Source: Owenia fusiformis (taxonomy: Eukaryota). Taken from it: DNA of 64,000 bases. Below the pieces are notes generated by a model. It saw nothing but the letters and a program-made list of their open reading frames with translations. It did no database searches and had not been told where the DNA came from. Shown one piece after another: positions 53,001-64,000 of this stretch. Position numbers and translations under genes: made by a program. The stretch is taken from contig CAIIXF020000001.1 of assembly GCA_903813345.2 (NCBI GenBank), positions 41,602,001 through 41,666,000 of the forward strand, given 5' to 3'. The stretch's first letter is position 1. Each line of letters starts with the position of its first letter.

Positions 53001-54220
53001 CTGTCTGCTACCTGGCTTACCTGTTTATTATCAGCTGTGATTACAGGTGATACGGCATTGTCACAAGGATATAAAGCATCATCAGATATACAGGTAATCA
53101 ACTGATTTCTATATTAGAGACCTCTAGTTTGATTTCAAAATATCAAAAAGGGGCTTGATACAAGACTTTTTTATATCTCATACGTTTAGAATACAAGTGT
53201 ACATTGTAGTTATTGCTTCATTTTGTTTTCTATTATATTGTTTAGAGGTGTTTGAGTCACTTTTAATTGATTATTTGACAATTTTTATAAAATATACACA
53301 AATAATGTTTTAAAATGTATGTAATGGCTGTATGATTACTAATCTTATGAAACCAGACATCAAATATTGTGTATTTAGATAGTAAATATCGAAAAATGTC
53401 AAAAAATGAAAAAATGCTCTTGTTTCAAACCCTTTTTAGAGGCTGGTATTCAAGAGATGAAATTAAAAATGTTATGAATTATGATTCTTTGCTTCTGTGT
53501 CTGTTGTTCAAAAAAGTTTGAATTTCACACAAAGACTCGGTTTTTTGCCCTAACTACATTGAATGTTTTCTAATCAAGGTTTTTGTTTTTTGGAAAATAT
53601 TTAGAAAATATTGTATTTTTCTACCAATAATTAGCCAACATTATTCACATTCAAAGTTCCATACCAAAGTCCATGGTGGCTACTTTTGAGACTGTAAAAA
53701 CAGTTTTGGAATCAAAACTATAAAAGAATGTGTAATACTTCGAGGATAGAGTGGCTAGGTGATGGAAATTTGAGAAGATTTTCATATGGAATTTTAAGAA
53801 ACCACAATTTGTAAAAAATATTGAAATCTGGGTTAATAAATGCAATATCTGACCAACACCAGGATGTGGTATCCCATGACAATGATATTCAGATTTGACT
53901 TGATGCTGATAATTAATAGACTTGTGCTGTTAATGAAAGACTTGATTGTAAACTTGACAAGTTGTGCTATCAGAAAGGAAAAGAATGCTATCTGAACAAA
54001 ATTCCTTTTGCCAATGTTAGTCTTGTATCAACTCCATGTAATGTGACTTCTCCCCCTCCTACATACCTCACCTGGAGGTAAAGTGGATAAGGGGATTGAT
54101 TCAAAGACTTGATGACAGACTATCCAATGTTAAGTCTATCAAGCCATTGAGCACATCTCACCAGACATGTGATGAGGGAATGGGGTGGGGGGGGGTTGCA
54201 TTAGAATATGCCAACGGTTT

Positions 54221-54373
54221 TCTATGTCACCTCCACAAGTGGGTACATATTGTTATTATTGTCTCCATCTTTTTTTGTGGATGGTGTTTGGTGGTTGGTG
54301 TTTGCCATCTGTAACATCATTCGGCATCTGTACCAAATTGCAGTTGGAGAGATTTTGGATGTTAATGCCTTGT
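54221..54373 (+). mobile_element. Short HINE family B copy (degenerate)
   Basis: TATGTCACCTCC start and ATGTTAATGCCTTGTT end. Confidence 0.6.
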
Positions 54374-55031
54374 TAATGTTCAGTATGTTCCTCACGGATT
54401 TTGTGAAATAGTTGTCTTTATGTGACATCACGGACATTAAAGGTACATTCATTGAATTGAAAGTGCAATCTTTTTTTGCATGATCTGAAACAACTAAATG
54501 TCCCTTTCAATACGATTAAAAAGAACTAGATCATCTGTGCTTTCAATCATTTACAACTCCAATCATCAGACTTTTTAGGGTGTTTGTTTCAATGAATGTG
54601 ACCTAATTTATGTAAGAATCATAAACAAACCATAAAACAATTATGACTTAATTAGACTGTGGCTAGATAGTAGATGGGTTAACTGCATTTTAGGGGGTCT
54701 GGACTTCAATCTATGATGCAAACGTTTCCTTTGGCATGAGAGTACCTTAGGACCATAGAAAAAAATTTATCCAAAGACACACGCCAGATGTCGCTTAATA
54801 TTGGAAATATTCACATTTTTCAAAATGGCCACCAAAAATACAACGTAGACAATATATTTTCTTCTATGCATACTATAATGATATGATTGATGCCTAAATA
54901 TACATTTTGTGGGTGAAGAATCAATTTAGTATGGGATTTGAGTCTTGAAAATTAGGAACTTGCTCTTTATATTAAAAAATCATGCCTTTTTCAAAATGGG
55001 TGGTAGAATCCATTTGATAAGGTTTATAGTC

Positions 55032-55225
55032 TTTATTTTCCCAAAGAAGAAAGTTCAGTGGGGATAAAGTGAGGCCATCCGTCCGTCAGTCTGTCAGTCC
55101 ATCGTCTGTCTTATGTATGATTTTGCATTAATTTTCAGATTCCTTCAAAGTATGGCCATATGTACTCAATTAAATTGAAGATGGTGTTAATCTTATAATT
55201 AATGCCTCAGAAAATTCAAGATGTC
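55032..55225 (+). mobile_element. Degenerate HINE family A fragment
   Basis: TTCCCAAAGAAGAAAGTTCAGTGGGGATA + CCGTCCGTCAGT and a block similar to 49810-49940. Confidence 0.55.
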
Positions 55226-56925
55226 CCAGAGAAGGGTTTGATTAGTTATTACTTAATAGATATGTCATCAAGGTATGGTTATATATTATATTAAGTTAGA
55301 TCTCAAATTTTTTATTGTCTAAATATGATTTTTAGCATTGACTAAATGGTCACCAAAATGTTTAAATCAGCGGAAATTCTGTTATTGTAATGTATGTCTA
55401 TTAATTAACAAACATTTTCACTTTTTATTGAAAATGTGTGCCTTTTTCTCAATGGCTGTGGAAAATATTACAAAAAAGTATATCTACATTAACAAGGGCT
55501 CCTTAACTTCTCGAAAAGTAGAATAGTTTGAAAGTGTAGTTTTGAATATCAATTTGCAATGATTGGGGGATGAACAAAATGTTATGGAAACTATGCTGAA
55601 TACAATGGATAGCATGGTAAATGTGGTTTTCAACTTCAGCGCATTTAAAATCCAATCCCCTTTTAAGTAATTGTTGATTTAAAGTGAAGAAACGTTTGAT
55701 ATGTTTTAATTGAGAAAAACAAGATCATCTTTTTACAAAATAAGCTTAACATTTTAAAAAAGTGCCAAGGTGGGATGCTAATCCATAATTTTCCAGAAAG
55801 TTGGATTCATATTTTACAATCATGGGGACTTCACTTGAAATAAAACACATTGTTTTAATAATAAACTCTGTATTTATGGCCAGGAAGTACTCGTGGTGAT
55901 AGACATATTGCCGTTTAAAATCTTAATCTCTTAAATGTTCAAATGAGAAAATAAGAATATTTTTCTCAATATAACAATATTCAGTGCTGTATATGTATAC
56001 ATACATGTCTTTTTCAAAATGGTTGCCAATCAACAACAAGCTTAATATAGTATATTGGTTGGATTAATGGAAGACTCGGTAAACAGAGACATCGTCCATG
56101 ATTTGGTCAGAGGAGATGATGAGGGTTCTGCAATACTGTCATAATATGCAGCCCTTGAAATCTATTCTGATCTTCAAGATTTTCTCTCGCCAGGAGGTTT
56201 CTGGCCCTTTCTAACTACATATGTACGTATATATGTCTGTCCTGCGTGGTTTCTATCTAACACATTTCTCTCTTATATGTTGCATTGCACTACCATTGCA
56301 GATGCATGTTTATTGCAAGTTATTAAAGAGACTCTGGTCTTTCTGGTGAATTTGAGTAAAAAGAACATTGAAAGATAAATATACATTCGCTGTGTTAAGG
56401 CGAAAACGATTATTTTTAAGGCTCACAATCCAATTAGCTAGATGCGAGTAGTAACAATCTTTATTTTTGTCATTAAAAATTCAAAATTCAGTCTAACTGA
56501 TGTTGAATTTGGAATCGTCATGAAAAAATACATCAAGAAATGTGGTTTTGGGTCAATCAACTTTAATATTGAATTTTTTTCGAAAATGAGACATTTAGGT
56601 CAGGGAAATTCCACATAGTCGCCATGTTGTTAAACACAAAAAAGTGAAATAGCTTTTCTTGTGTTGTGCAGATAATATTTTCTTTTACTGGAGATATTTT
56701 AATTTGTACAACTATCAGATACAAGAGTAATATGAAATGTGAACCACTAAAAATTAAGAATATTCAAGTTTAAGGGAACTTTATAATACCCTGCAATGTT
56801 ATTTCACCCGAATTAACAACCTGGTGGGGAAAATGGTAACTACCTACTTGCATCTGACTAATTAAATAGATTTTACATTCCGAAAAATGTAGATTGACAC
56901 CACTCTTAACACTGTAGCATGCTTA

Positions 56926-57599
56926 TGGCCTAGTCACATAGCCCGGCCGATGTCCGGCATCGGTAGAGCTCGGTGGATTTTTTTGGTGCCACCGAGCTCT
57001 CCTCAATCGGAAGCAGAGCTCGGTGACGTGAACGGACTCCGTCCGGACATCTTCAGGCGACCGACCGAACACCGGCCGGTGACCGGACGGAGTCTGTCTC
57101 AAAATGGTAGTTTTTTTCTGCCGATGTGGCAGCAACTACCGGCCGGAGGTCGGCCGGACATCGGAAGGAATACGGCCGGTACCCGAGCAGGTAACAGGAC
57201 ACCGTGCGATCGCCGGCCGGGTTGTTAACGGGCTTTGAACAGTGACCGGCCGATGCTCTGTCCCACATCGGCTGGAGCTCGGTCGGAGCTCGGCCGCTGT
57301 CCGTTAAATAACCTCGTCCTCTGGTTGTCTCAGATGCACGGGACACCGGCCGATACTCGGTTGTGCACCGGCCGACGTGTTTTCCGATGTGGTTACGATG
57401 GGGCTGCGATGACATGATGAGGGAGCTCGGTGAGAGCCCGGTGAAATTTAACTCCGAAGTTAAAATTTCACTGAGCTACCACCGATGCGGTTTTAAGCAA
57501 CAAATGCCACGGATGTCCGGCCGGTGTTCGGCCGAGTTCGGTGAAAATTGCATCGCTGGCTCATCGTAACCTCATCGGCCGGGCTATGTGACTAGGCCA
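56926..57599. mobile_element. PIF/Harbinger (Tourist-like) MITE, 674 bp, GC/CpG-rich
   Basis: Perfect 27-bp TIR TGGCCTAGTCACATAGCCCGGCCGATG, TTA TSD (56923-56925 / 57600-57602); neighbouring host repeats show the empty-site version GCATGCACAGAAG. Confidence 0.9.
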
Positions 57600-59340
57600 T
57601 TAGAAGAGAAGATATCTTCTTTGTTATATTTCTGGCAGCCATTTTGAAAAATGCATATATTTTGAATATAAAGTGCAAGTGCTGAATTTACAAGACTCGA
57701 AACCTAATTAAATAGATTCTCCAACTACATTAATGTATTTTTTGACACCACTCTTATAATTGTAGCATGCACAGAAGTCAAACTATTATCTCTGATGTAT
57801 TTTTTGGCGGCCATTTTGAAAAATGTGTATATATCAAGCGCCATCTAGCTTGTGTCTTTGGATAAATTTGTTTCTATTGCCCTAAGGTATTTCCATGCCA
57901 GAGGGGACATTTTGTAAGGTAAGATATCTTAATTTGTAAGTATTCGTAAGGTAAGAATTTTCTTTGTTATATTTCTGGCAGTCATTTTGAAAAACGTGAA
58001 TTTTTTTAATATAAAGTGGAAGTTCTTAATTTTCAAGACTCAAGATCTAATAAAATAGATTCTACGACTACATCGCTGTATTTTTTGACACCAATCTTAT
58101 AATTGAAGCATGCACAGAAGCAAAGATATTGTCTCTGATGTATTTTTGGCGGCCATTTTGAAAAATGTGTATATTTCCAATATAAAGCGCCATCTAGCCT
58201 GTGTCTTTGGATTAATTTATTTATATTGCTCTAAGGTACTTCCATGCCAAATGGGACATTTGCATCATACAATGAAGTCCAAATGTAGTTAACCCATCTA
58301 CTAAGAGAAATTAAGACACTTGAGGGTTTTTAACGAAAGTCCAAATCTCAATTTCTAAGCTCTTTGGAGCTGACATATTGGGCTTTTAATCTGTAGTAAT
58401 ACAATATGCATTGTTTGACCATGCAGTTCCATGTCAAATGAGACGGAAAATATGCCATGTGGGGTAAAACTGGAAATAATTTATAGATACAGCATATTCA
58501 ATTTCATTAATTAATTTCAGCAATTAATTTCTTAATTTAACTAATTTGATAGTTACAAATTGACCTGCAAACAAGTGTCTTTTGTATCAAAGGTGAAATA
58601 ATCACAGTTTTTGCTTTCTTTCTTGGTTGAGGGTTTTCACCAAGTTGATCATTTGATTAATGTGAACAAATGAAATGCACGTTAGGAAGGTCACAGTTAG
58701 CATGCAATGTGCGTACAAAGTATCAATGGGATTTAGGGAAATGCATTCAATGAAGTGTGGAATTCAATCAACTGTGACCACTTTGAGTCAAGATTTGTCA
58801 TGAATGAGCGGTAAAACCTCAATGAAGGCTCTGAAGCATGCCTCATGTTTGATTCCATTGATGAACTCATATAGACATAATAATAATCCTGAAAATAACA
58901 AACATATGATTGATGAGGTTTGAATTATACATGTTTTCTCATCTTTTGAATATGAATTGTAACATGTATAATAACACGGCATCTTGCATTTTTATTAATT
59001 CACATTAATGTTGAATTGGTTTTTAATAAGAAAAATCAATTTATGTTAAGTCTTATTAACAAATTGACTCTATCAGTGAAGATCAAACATTTTTGAAAAT
59101 CACTTTTTCTACAGAACAGAATCTGTGTCAAGGAGCATGTATTTATAGCAATGTGTGGGAATAATTTGAGATTATGGCTATATGCGTTTTTGGTTGTGTT
59201 ATTCAAGAGTAATAAATGTTAATTGCCTCCATGTTTAAAAAAATAAACAAACAATCCAGGGACATTTTTTCAAACATTTTTTACTTTTATTTCAAAAATT
59301 GTCAAGTGTTCCTACAAGTACGATAACATTATGCCATATG

Positions 59341-59719
59341 TACCCTGCGTGCAGAGTCTAGTTAAACTACACTCTGCCTAGTAGAGACCATCTTACAGTT
59401 TAGTAGCCCTACCCCCACGATGGGTACCAGTGACAGTTTTGGGTAATAAATCACTTTTGACCTACGCGCTGACCTTTCTTCTACCATTCAGGAAGCTTGA
59501 AGAAACATACGCCAAATGCGTTCTAATTAAATATGCGCATGTCATTGGTCAATTCCTGGCTCAATGATGACGTCAGAAGGAATGACCATATATAGAACGT
59601 CGGTCAAATTTGGCCGACGAACACCGATTGGCGCGGTGAGTTCACAGGTTTATTTTAGTTTGAAAGAGTGAAGACGAAGCTCTCATTTAAGAAGTGAAGT
59701 CAAACGAATGCAAAGGGTA
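59341..59719. mobile_element. 379-bp AcademH-like (or MULE-like) non-autonomous element
   Basis: Short TIR TACCCT / AGGGTA, perfect 9-bp TSD TGCCATATG (59332-59340 / 59720-59728), subterminal hairpin GCAGAGT..ACTCTGC. Confidence 0.8.
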
Positions 59720-60058
59720 TGCCATATGTTGCGCTGCTTATATTTTGTAATAGTAATATGATATCGATTCAGATTGACAGTCTTCACTAGACATACCCAT
59801 TGTAAGAGTGGAAATCCTCTCCATATATACATTTTAATATTGTATATAAATCTTCTCATTTCAAAGACCATTATACAATGTCAAGTAACATATTAGTGCT
59901 CTGATTGGTGCTTGAACTGTAAGTGTAAAATCTTCATTCCTTGTCAGAGGGTTATGTACTTAATGCAATTGGGACAGGGTAATTTCTCTAGTGAAGAACC
60001 AAGGTATTTAACCAAATGGGAGGTTTGAGGTTGATAAGGGAACAGCAAAATGGCAATA

Positions 60059-60244
60059 TAGTGACACCTGTCAAGTGGAACACCTCAAGAAATGGAACAC
60101 CCCTGTTAGTGGAACACCTCTGTTAGTGGAACACCTCTGTTTGTTGAACATTCCCAAGACCAACTGACTTAATGTTAAATGAACCTCTATAATTGGAGCA
60201 CCTCCCAAGTGGAACACTTTTTAGAGGTACCAAAGGTTTAACTG
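60059..60244. mobile_element. Old pogo/Tigger-like MITE remnant with GTGGAACACC repeats
   Basis: Degenerate TAGTGACACCT / AGGTTTAACTG ends, 5-6 internal GGAACACC motifs. Confidence 0.4.
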
Positions 60245-61349
60245 CAATTAAACCTTAGACTTACACAACTTCGAAATCATTATATAATATAGTTGACAAT
60301 TCTAGAGATTATTTCTTGATGACTAATTACACTGTTTGCATCTGATTGAAAAGCAGGCAATTGTTTTGTTGAAAACACATGACTAGATCATCACATTTTC
60401 TTTCATCACATTGAATTCAAAACACAGGAATGCATTTTATAATCATGAGAAAAATGTACAAAAACTTCAATTTGACAGTCTACTAAAAGAAATGAATCAA
60501 TGTAAAAATAGAAAACGAGGCAATTGTTTCAGAAACAATTGGAGAGTAAATACCTTGGGGCTTGTATCGCAATGAACAAAAAACAAACCACTAACAAGAG
60601 AAATCCAGGTAACCTCAAGGAAAAAGCGAGAGGTGGTCCATATTTTATATTCACTATTCGGGAGTAGGCCAGCTGCAATTGGGAAATCATAAAACAGAAA
60701 ATGTGTTAAATTATAAATTGAGGTTTCCACGCAAGTTTTATCAAATTCTTAATTGATTTTCAAGAGTTATTTTACTTTGATGTTGAAGTTCACTGTAAGT
60801 AATGTAGCAAAGTGTTTTGTGCTCTTTTTAACAGTATACTCGAGGAATAGAATCAAGTTTTTCAGGAAAAAACACCGATGAATTTTTTCTTTGATATTTT
60901 GCTCTCATATTTAACTGAATTGCTCTGAAGATCCTCTCAATCACAATGTGGGGAACTCAACAAGCAGAAAAAATTCAATAATGTCAAATAAATCTTGGAT
61001 TTTTATATGTGACCATAGTATCAAACCACAAAGCCACGACTGAATGTTTCCCTATTGGATTGAGTTCAATTAAAAATTCATAAGTCAAATCAGAAGAGAA
61101 AGTTGAATATAATTCAACTGTAGTTGGACCGTACTACTGTTTGGATCATTTTGATGCATACATATAAAGTTTGGCATTGTTGATGTTTAGCAATATCTCA
61201 AAAAATTACATCAAAATTGAGAATAATCTGATGTTTGAGTTTAAAGATTGGAATTGATAAGGTGGTGTCTCAAAAGGTAAGAAACGTGTTTTAATTTGTA
61301 AGATTATGTTGCTGGATATATTATTGGGATTTTTGATGTACCGGTTCTG

Positions 61350-61492
61350 TAAGATACAAGTAGGGACATATTGTTATGGTCTCCAACTTTTTGTTGACAG
61401 TGTTTGATGGTTATTGTTTAGCATCAAATGGTCGGCATTCAGCATCTGTAGCAAATGGCAGGTGGTGACATTTTGCATGTTAATGTCTTGTT
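61350..61492 (+). mobile_element. Short HINE family B copy
   Basis: GACATATTGTTATGGTCTCCAAC ... GGTGGTGACATTTTGCATGTTAATGTCTTGTT. Confidence 0.65.
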
Positions 61493-63194
61493 TTACTCTT
61501 TGCTTAAAGTTAACAGGCTGTCTGTGGTTGTTTGAATATTGCTGGAAATGAATATTGGCAGTATGCAAGTCTGCAAGCTGCATTGTGATATCCTGAAATT
61601 GCAAGGGCCTTACTATTTAAAAAGCACTACTATGAAACACTTGAAATAAGAGGACCCTAACAAAATTATGATACCATGTGCAGATCACTATTTTGATGCT
61701 AACCATTTTACATCCTGATACTCATAGCATCTCTATGTTTCACTCAGGGCTGAGAAGAATTGAGATGTCATGGTTTATCACGATGACCATTATGTAGATT
61801 TAACCATTTTATCATGACTTTTAGCAGTGTTTGCCTTTCTCACTAATTGATTATAGGTGAGCAGTGAAATGAAAATATTAAATATTTTCCAAAGAAATAT
61901 TTTCTTTGATCTTCCTTGTAAAGAAAAAAGTACCAAATACTTGTTTTAATTGAAGTAAAATTGACAGATATAAATATTCAACATCCATCGTCTAATAACT
62001 CATAAAACTAAACAATAAATTAGCTCATACAAGACATTAATCCCATCATCTTCCAATAATGTAGAATATTACCATTTTTATAGACAAGTTCAGAAAGTTC
62101 AAAGATTTTTCTGAAGAAGATGAAATAAATGTTATTGGTTTTTGGATTAAGTTTATGTGGACAAAAGAACTAATGGGAGAGCAGTGTAATAAATATCTCC
62201 GTTGTGGCACGGTGACTTCCTTATGTCAGGACACCTAGTGTGTTATTGAATAAATCCGTGGTCTTCTGCCATTTCTTTAATAACCAAGCTGGGGGTCATT
62301 CAAAGTGTGCCAATATTTGTTGACGATTTAACTGACCATTTGATATATAGATGCAGATACATACAAAAATATAACTTCAATGGTGATGTATGTAGACTTT
62401 TAGTAGGGATACATAAATACGTTTTTGAATAAGAATATAGAAGTAAAAATAAAAGAAATTTTTGTATATAAATCTGTCATTTAAGAAGCTAAAATCAAAC
62501 TATTGAAAAAGAATTTGGGGATTTGAGCATCTAAGACATTGTTGAAAATGACCACTTTTTGTCCTCTTTAGTTAAAGCTTAATGTCCAGCTGTCCCTTTC
62601 TCCCATGAATTGATAAAAAGAACTATCAATATCAAAGCACAAACTCTAAATTTCAAGTTGATTTTTATTTATAAATTTGACATAAAAGTGTGTTCCTCAT
62701 CAACTATGGAATTTGCGTATCTAGTTATTAAATACAATGTGAGTGATAGATATGTTGAAATTGTTTAACTAAATACTTGTTCGCCTGAATATTTCTGCAC
62801 CAGCAAATTGCAAAGGGACAGTTTGCCAAACCAAACATACATACACATACTCCAAAAACCGACAAAGTCATAAATACTTTTTTAGTTCATCTCTTGTTTA
62901 TTTTACATTACAAGTACATGTATATATGTTGTATGTCATGTAAACAATCATTGAATCATTTTATACTTCACCAAGCAGAAGCCGGTGTTTATCTATTGGA
63001 TTGAGCCAAATATTTTGACTGATAAGTAAAAGTTTACCCTTTAGTCACACGATACTCTGACTCGATTTTAAAGAATTCAAATGTAGCTTAAGAGGCGGGA
63101 AATGAAGTGAAGTTATTTTCTGACACAGACTGATATGGCAAGATCATAGAATTATCTACAATGTATAGAGTACATAACCAAGTCAAAGTCTTGC

Positions 63195-63367
63195 AAAGGG
63201 TAATTATAGTATAGTAATATTTGTTAAGGAACTTAAAATTATAAATAGTTCAGCCAAGCTTGGTTTACGTAGATACATTTTTCTTAAAAGGGTAATTATA
63301 GTATAGTAATATTTGTCATATTCAGGAACCTAAAATTATAATAAAATTATAGCTAGTTCAGCCAAGC
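63195..63367. repeat. Local duplication (AAAGGGTAATTATAGTATAGTAATATTTGT ... TAGTTCAGCCAAGC) x2
   Basis: Copies beginning at about 63195 and 63288. Confidence 0.75.
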
Positions 63368-64000
63368 ACTTTTCCATTATGATGGTACTTCTTTGGCCAA
63401 AAATAATAAAAATCAAAATATATATTTATTTCGATCAAGTGAACATAAATAACATATCTGTTAACTTGTGTTTTCAATACTTTTTCACATGTGGTAAGAA
63501 TTGAGAATTTAAAAAAAATTTCATTGACTTATATGCCAGTTTACTGAGCCAAAAATAAGCCTTGATTGTTGTTTCATATAATTATATTATACACTTGAAA
63601 CGAACCAATACACATGTCCAGGTCCAAGTAACCACTTCTATTCAAAAATTGTAGTGGAAAATGTATTGTTTTTTAAAAAATTATTTTGAATATTTTTTTT
63701 AGTTATTTTATGATGGTTCATATAGACTCCCTTTATGACTTTGAAGTCATGGACTTTAACCAAATGATAATAAAGATTAAACCAAATGAAGAAATTCTAT
63801 CCTCTACATTTCTATAACAACATAGAAAATAAAAACATACAATTCATGATAGGTATGATCGTCATAGGTCTTTTAATCTCACTCGTTTCATAAACACAAC
63901 ATTTTTATTGAAAATAGCTACCATAAGTAATATTGATTCTAGTTTTTGTGATCATGTTTCCACACAATTATTCAGCAATTTAGAAAAATTGCATAATGAA

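Larger units (their letters stand above)
32481..53093 (+). ncRNA. Candidate spliced lncRNA or long multi-exon 5'UTR (exons 32481-32626, 33652-33837, 43904-43993, 52890-53093; possibly 30789-30867)
   Basis: Each segment has a polypyrimidine-AG acceptor and a consensus donor (gtgaga, CAG|gtaagt, gtacgt, CAG|gtaatc); no continuous reading frame across them. Confidence 0.35.
54668..58303. mobile_element. Non-autonomous Academ-like DNA transposon (3.6 kb including nested inserts)
   Basis: Termini TAGTAGATGGGTTAACT / AGTTAACCCATCTACTA (17 bp perfect, imperfect IR extends about 180 bp); 3-bp TSD AGA (54665-54667 / 58304-58306); right arm tandemly duplicated 57600-58303; no ORF. Confidence 0.82.

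Noticed and set aside
56923..57569. Cluster of GC-rich ORFs suggesting a foreign gene
   Set aside because: Entirely within a Harbinger MITE; open frames are expected from high GC; no recognisable domain
60380..60402. TGACTAGATC resembling the miR-279 5' end
   Set aside because: Rest of the mature sequence differs and no complementary arm for a pre-miRNA hairpin was visible

Overview
AT-rich, intron-rich eukaryotic (animal, probably invertebrate such as a mollusc or other lophotrochozoan) genomic DNA; the taxon is an inference from gene structure and repeat types. No prokaryotic operon, CRISPR array, rRNA or tRNA gene was found. Two protein-coding genes sit tail-to-tail at the left: the last two exons of a geminin-like gene (+, 1396-1485 and 6333-6554) and a complete five-exon, 428-aa sulfotransferase resembling the bacterial Stf/Sulfotransfer_3 type (-, 9311-17990) with a CCAAT/TATA/Inr promoter. 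The rest (about 18-64 kb) has no intact protein gene. It holds several candidate non-coding + strand exons (possible lncRNA or long 5'UTR) and many DNA transposons resolved to the base by TIRs and TSDs. These are a decayed AcademX element (35864-41020, 523-bp TIRs, TTT TSD, XPG-like nuclease relic) carrying nested passengers, a second non-autonomous Academ-like element (54668-58303, AGA TSD) containing a young Harbinger MITE, three short 9-bp-TSD AcademH-like MITEs, two families of Helentron/DINE-1-like HINEs, and several minisatellites (54-bp, 29-bp). Most long ORFs in the supplied track are repeat artefacts.
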